Part shown: positions 61,401 to 64,000 of the stretch, piece by piece | Layout: every line of letters starts with the position of its first letter | How positions within the stretch are numbered: position 1 is the stretch's first letter | NCBI RefSeq assembly: GCF_964204645.1 | Contig: NC_134028.1 | Coordinates: 26,470,345-26,534,344, forward strand | DNA from: Tubulanus polymorphus | Lineage: Eukaryota > Animalia > Nemertea | DNA length: 64,000 nt | Reading direction: 5' to 3' | Position numbers and translations under genes: made by a program | The notes under the pieces: model-generated | What the model was told of the DNA's origin: nothing | The model's database searches: none | Seen by the model: only the letters and a program-made list of their open reading frames with translations

Positions 61401-62642
61401 AAGGACTCGCGGAGCCGCAATTGCCAGAAACCTTAAAACTCGGCAATTTCTAGGCTTCCACCACCGACAGAATAGAACATAAAGATGGGAAAGTCAGTGT
61501 CAATTTCGCAATTTTGTTGAAGTATAATATCTTGTTATGCTCGAATGACTGATGAGCAACATTTGTTCGCGCGTACAAAAAAGCGGGAAAATTATTAGCG
61601 CGCGGAGTTGGTTACGGGGTTACTTGTGTATGTGATGAGAACGGGCGGACATTTTCACGGAAATAACGCGTTCGAAATAAGAAAAATAAGGCATATATCA
61701 AAGGTTATAAATTAGTTCCCACGGAGGTAACAAACGTGAGGTTTTGTGTTGGGTGTCAGGTGAAATACTGACGAGTCAATTATACCGAATGTTTAAGGAT
61801 ATAGAACTTTACGCGGATTGCAGTCGATTTCCAGGTCTCTCTTTTTTCGTATATATCCACAGGCTGCGCAAAACCCACACACCAAGCAAAAACTATTATT
61901 ACAAAGAGCACTCGTAGTATTGTCATAAAAAGTAAACCCACTCAACATTATATCTTAACGTCAACTTCAAATTTTTTTACGTACAGGGCTGTCCAAAATA
62001 TCTGACAAATGAGAAACCGGAATTTCATACTGAATAAACACATTTTTACCTGGTTTTGTTTGTTTTTGTGTTGACGTAGGTACTTTTGTAAAAACCGACG
62101 ATTCCGTTATCCAAAGACCCGTCGAATTGAAGATCTACGCCGACGATGCTGCCTTTCTTGATCGTATGTTTCATTTCAATCACCCAAAACTGATTCGGTT
62201 CGTAGTAAAAAGTTCTCTGTATCGCCAAACCATTTTCGGTCGCCCTCCTTTTTCGTTCATCGCTACCATCGGCTGCCGTGGTTTGCGTGGTCGCTTTCAA
62301 TCGAACATTCGTTGAAGATATCGTCAAGTTTAGGGCGTGCACCAAAATGTGTCTCGTCTCCTCACCGATTTCGATATCGATACAAACGTTTCCGTAGAAG
62401 TGGGCGGCTCCATCGTAAATGTCCGGATACAGCGTCAAATTGTAGTGAATCGGGACGAATTTCTGATTGAGTCTTAGATTGAGCCACGGCTGGGCGCCCG
62501 GTATCGCGTCCCCACCACTAGCATCCGGACAGTACTTACCGTAGTACGTGGCGACGCCCACAATAATTACCACGACAATCCAAAATAAAGTGTATAAAAC
62601 GAGTTTCAATCGCGTGCAAAATACTCCTTTTTTGATTTCCAT
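52481..62642 (-). CDS. ENPEP: M1-family zinc aminopeptidase, glutamyl aminopeptidase (aminopeptidase A)-like, type II membrane protein, ~18 exons
   Basis: N-terminal signal anchor ([13 protein letters not shown]), [66 protein letters not shown]...[39 protein letters not shown]; approximate exons 62642-62049, 58541-58406, 58076-57956, 57466-57312, 56916-56803, 54218-54015, 52715-52481. Subfamily assignment is less certain than family. Confidence 0.85.
54540..54780 (-). mobile_element. Possible tRNA-derived SINE fragment in an aminopeptidase intron
   Basis: B-box GGTTCGAATCCC on the minus strand at ~54630-54641 without a complete cloverleaf; boundaries approximate. Confidence 0.4.
57176..57275 (+). 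mobile_element. tRNA-derived SINE head
   Basis: A-box-like TGGCCGCGAGTGG (57186-57198) and B-box-like GGATCGAATCC (57231-57241) at tRNA-like spacing; no acceptor stem. Confidence 0.55.
57567..57835 (+). mobile_element. Degenerate DIRS-type (tyrosine-recombinase retrotransposon) RNase H end / methyltransferase-like domain remnant
   Basis: Frameshifted peptides [50 protein letters not shown] occur in the order I recall for the DIRS1 consensus N..AD..SR..EW.L / DLFA...N / Y.SW.PD..A / FPP / WY. Confidence 0.65.
61537..61672 (+). repeat. Direct repeat of 63876-64000
   Basis: Shared GCTCGAATGACTGATGAGCA...GGAGTTGGTTACGGGGTTA...GGCGGACATTTTCACGGAAATAACGCGTTCG. Confidence 0.85.
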
Positions 62643-64000
62643 CTTGGAAGCGGAATCCAGGAGTGGATCAAGAACGTAGTGCGCACGTCATATACTCGAT
62701 CGCTCCAGTTGTGAATGAGTATTTTATCAATCAGTGGTTGTTAGAAAGGTTATCTGTATAGTTTTATGTCGTATATAAACTATATTGAAACAGCGCCTGT
62801 TATCCGTTGAGATAATTGGTTTAGAAAACTCCAGGAAATCAAATTCCTTCTCTCGACAACTGATGATAATGAGATAGAACGCTTAAGATAAACTCACTGA
62901 AAGTACGCGCGTGCAGCGTGCCCGACTCGATCGCGAATTACTATATGAATACAAAGCAGGAACTGCACCAGAGGGCGCTAAATAATCTTAATACTGGTGT
63001 ACTCATCTGAGGGATGAACTCTAATACTTGTAAAATATTCTCCAACATTCGAAGTCTCGACAAGGAATAGCAATTTAAGATACTACTTTCTTCTCATTTA
63101 TTAGCTCAAAATGTTGGCAGATTTGCTGACTAGGAGGGTTTAAAGCCTTGCATACCTGGTTCTATATCCTCTCCGTACATGTACATATTATTTTGTTACT
63201 TGGTAACTTGCATTAATATTAATTTTCTCACCCTCCCCCATTGGATCCGCCCCTGTAACCGTTCTTATTCCTCCTTAAAACCATGGAGATAATCGGAGTA
63301 TAAATGCATGAAGGCTGGTTTATGAGAATATAGTTGTGTGGTAAGTGGGACATTGAGGGCTTTGTCATTCGATTTCGTGCTCATTCCAACGATTATCTCG
63401 TGTCAACACTGCGTGGATTTGTTTGTTGATAGTCCTCGTATCATTGGTCAGTTAGCTGGTCATCCATCGATTCATCCCGCAGGATTATAAAAACTTTGAT
63501 CTCGTTTATGATGAACATAACGAGTCAATGGATTGGATATGCTTCACCGCATTTCGGGCATTATCATCATATATGAGGCGATTCCTATAATCAGGAAAAA
63601 GGTGATCGGCGCGGTGACAAAACAACATCCATAAAATATATGGCTTTCACTGAGATTCGTTGGAATTATCATCATTCATTCTTCGTTTTAGTGGATATTC
63701 GTATAAATCTTGAAATACTGATTAGTTGAAATTGTTAATTCTGATATCAATAAATTGAACAATGTCGCGGTGTGAGTAGTGTCCAAATATCACATTAGAT
63801 GGCGAACGAGTGGAATTGGCTGTCATTAGGTTTTCAGTTTTTAACTTTTCGAGAAAAGTCTTCATATATTCCCTATCGCTCGAATGACTGATGAGCAGTA
63901 CTAACAAAAGAGCGGAGAGTTGTTAGCGCGGAGTTGGTTACGGGGTTAAAACTTGTGTGATGAGAGCGAGGCGGACATTTTCACGGAAATAACGCGTTCG

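Overview
Intron-rich, AT-rich animal (invertebrate, plausibly lophotrochozoan; taxon is inference) genomic DNA, not prokaryotic. I assembled seven protein-coding genes by hand from splice sites and reading phases: the 3' part of BTAF1/Mot1 (+), a 4-exon NDUFA3-like microprotein gene (-) absent from the ORF track, cytohesin (+), MED9 (+), intronless GEMIN6 (+, 88 nt after the MED9 stop), ABCC1/MRP1 (+), and a glutamyl-aminopeptidase-like M1 peptidase (-). Introns and spacers carry minisatellites, MITE-like palindromes, tRNA-derived SINE heads and a DIRS remnant. The most interesting signals are RNA-processing architectures: two 311-nt tandem duplicated, apparently mutually exclusive exons in MRP1, one with a remodelled coupling loop; a candidate 15-nt microexon in the cytohesin PH-domain lipid-specificity loop; candidate alternative cytohesin first exons that drop the coiled coil; a probable bicistronic MED9-GEMIN6 unit; and a U12-type intron in BTAF1. 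Exon coordinates were read manually and may be off by a few nt. No databases were searched.
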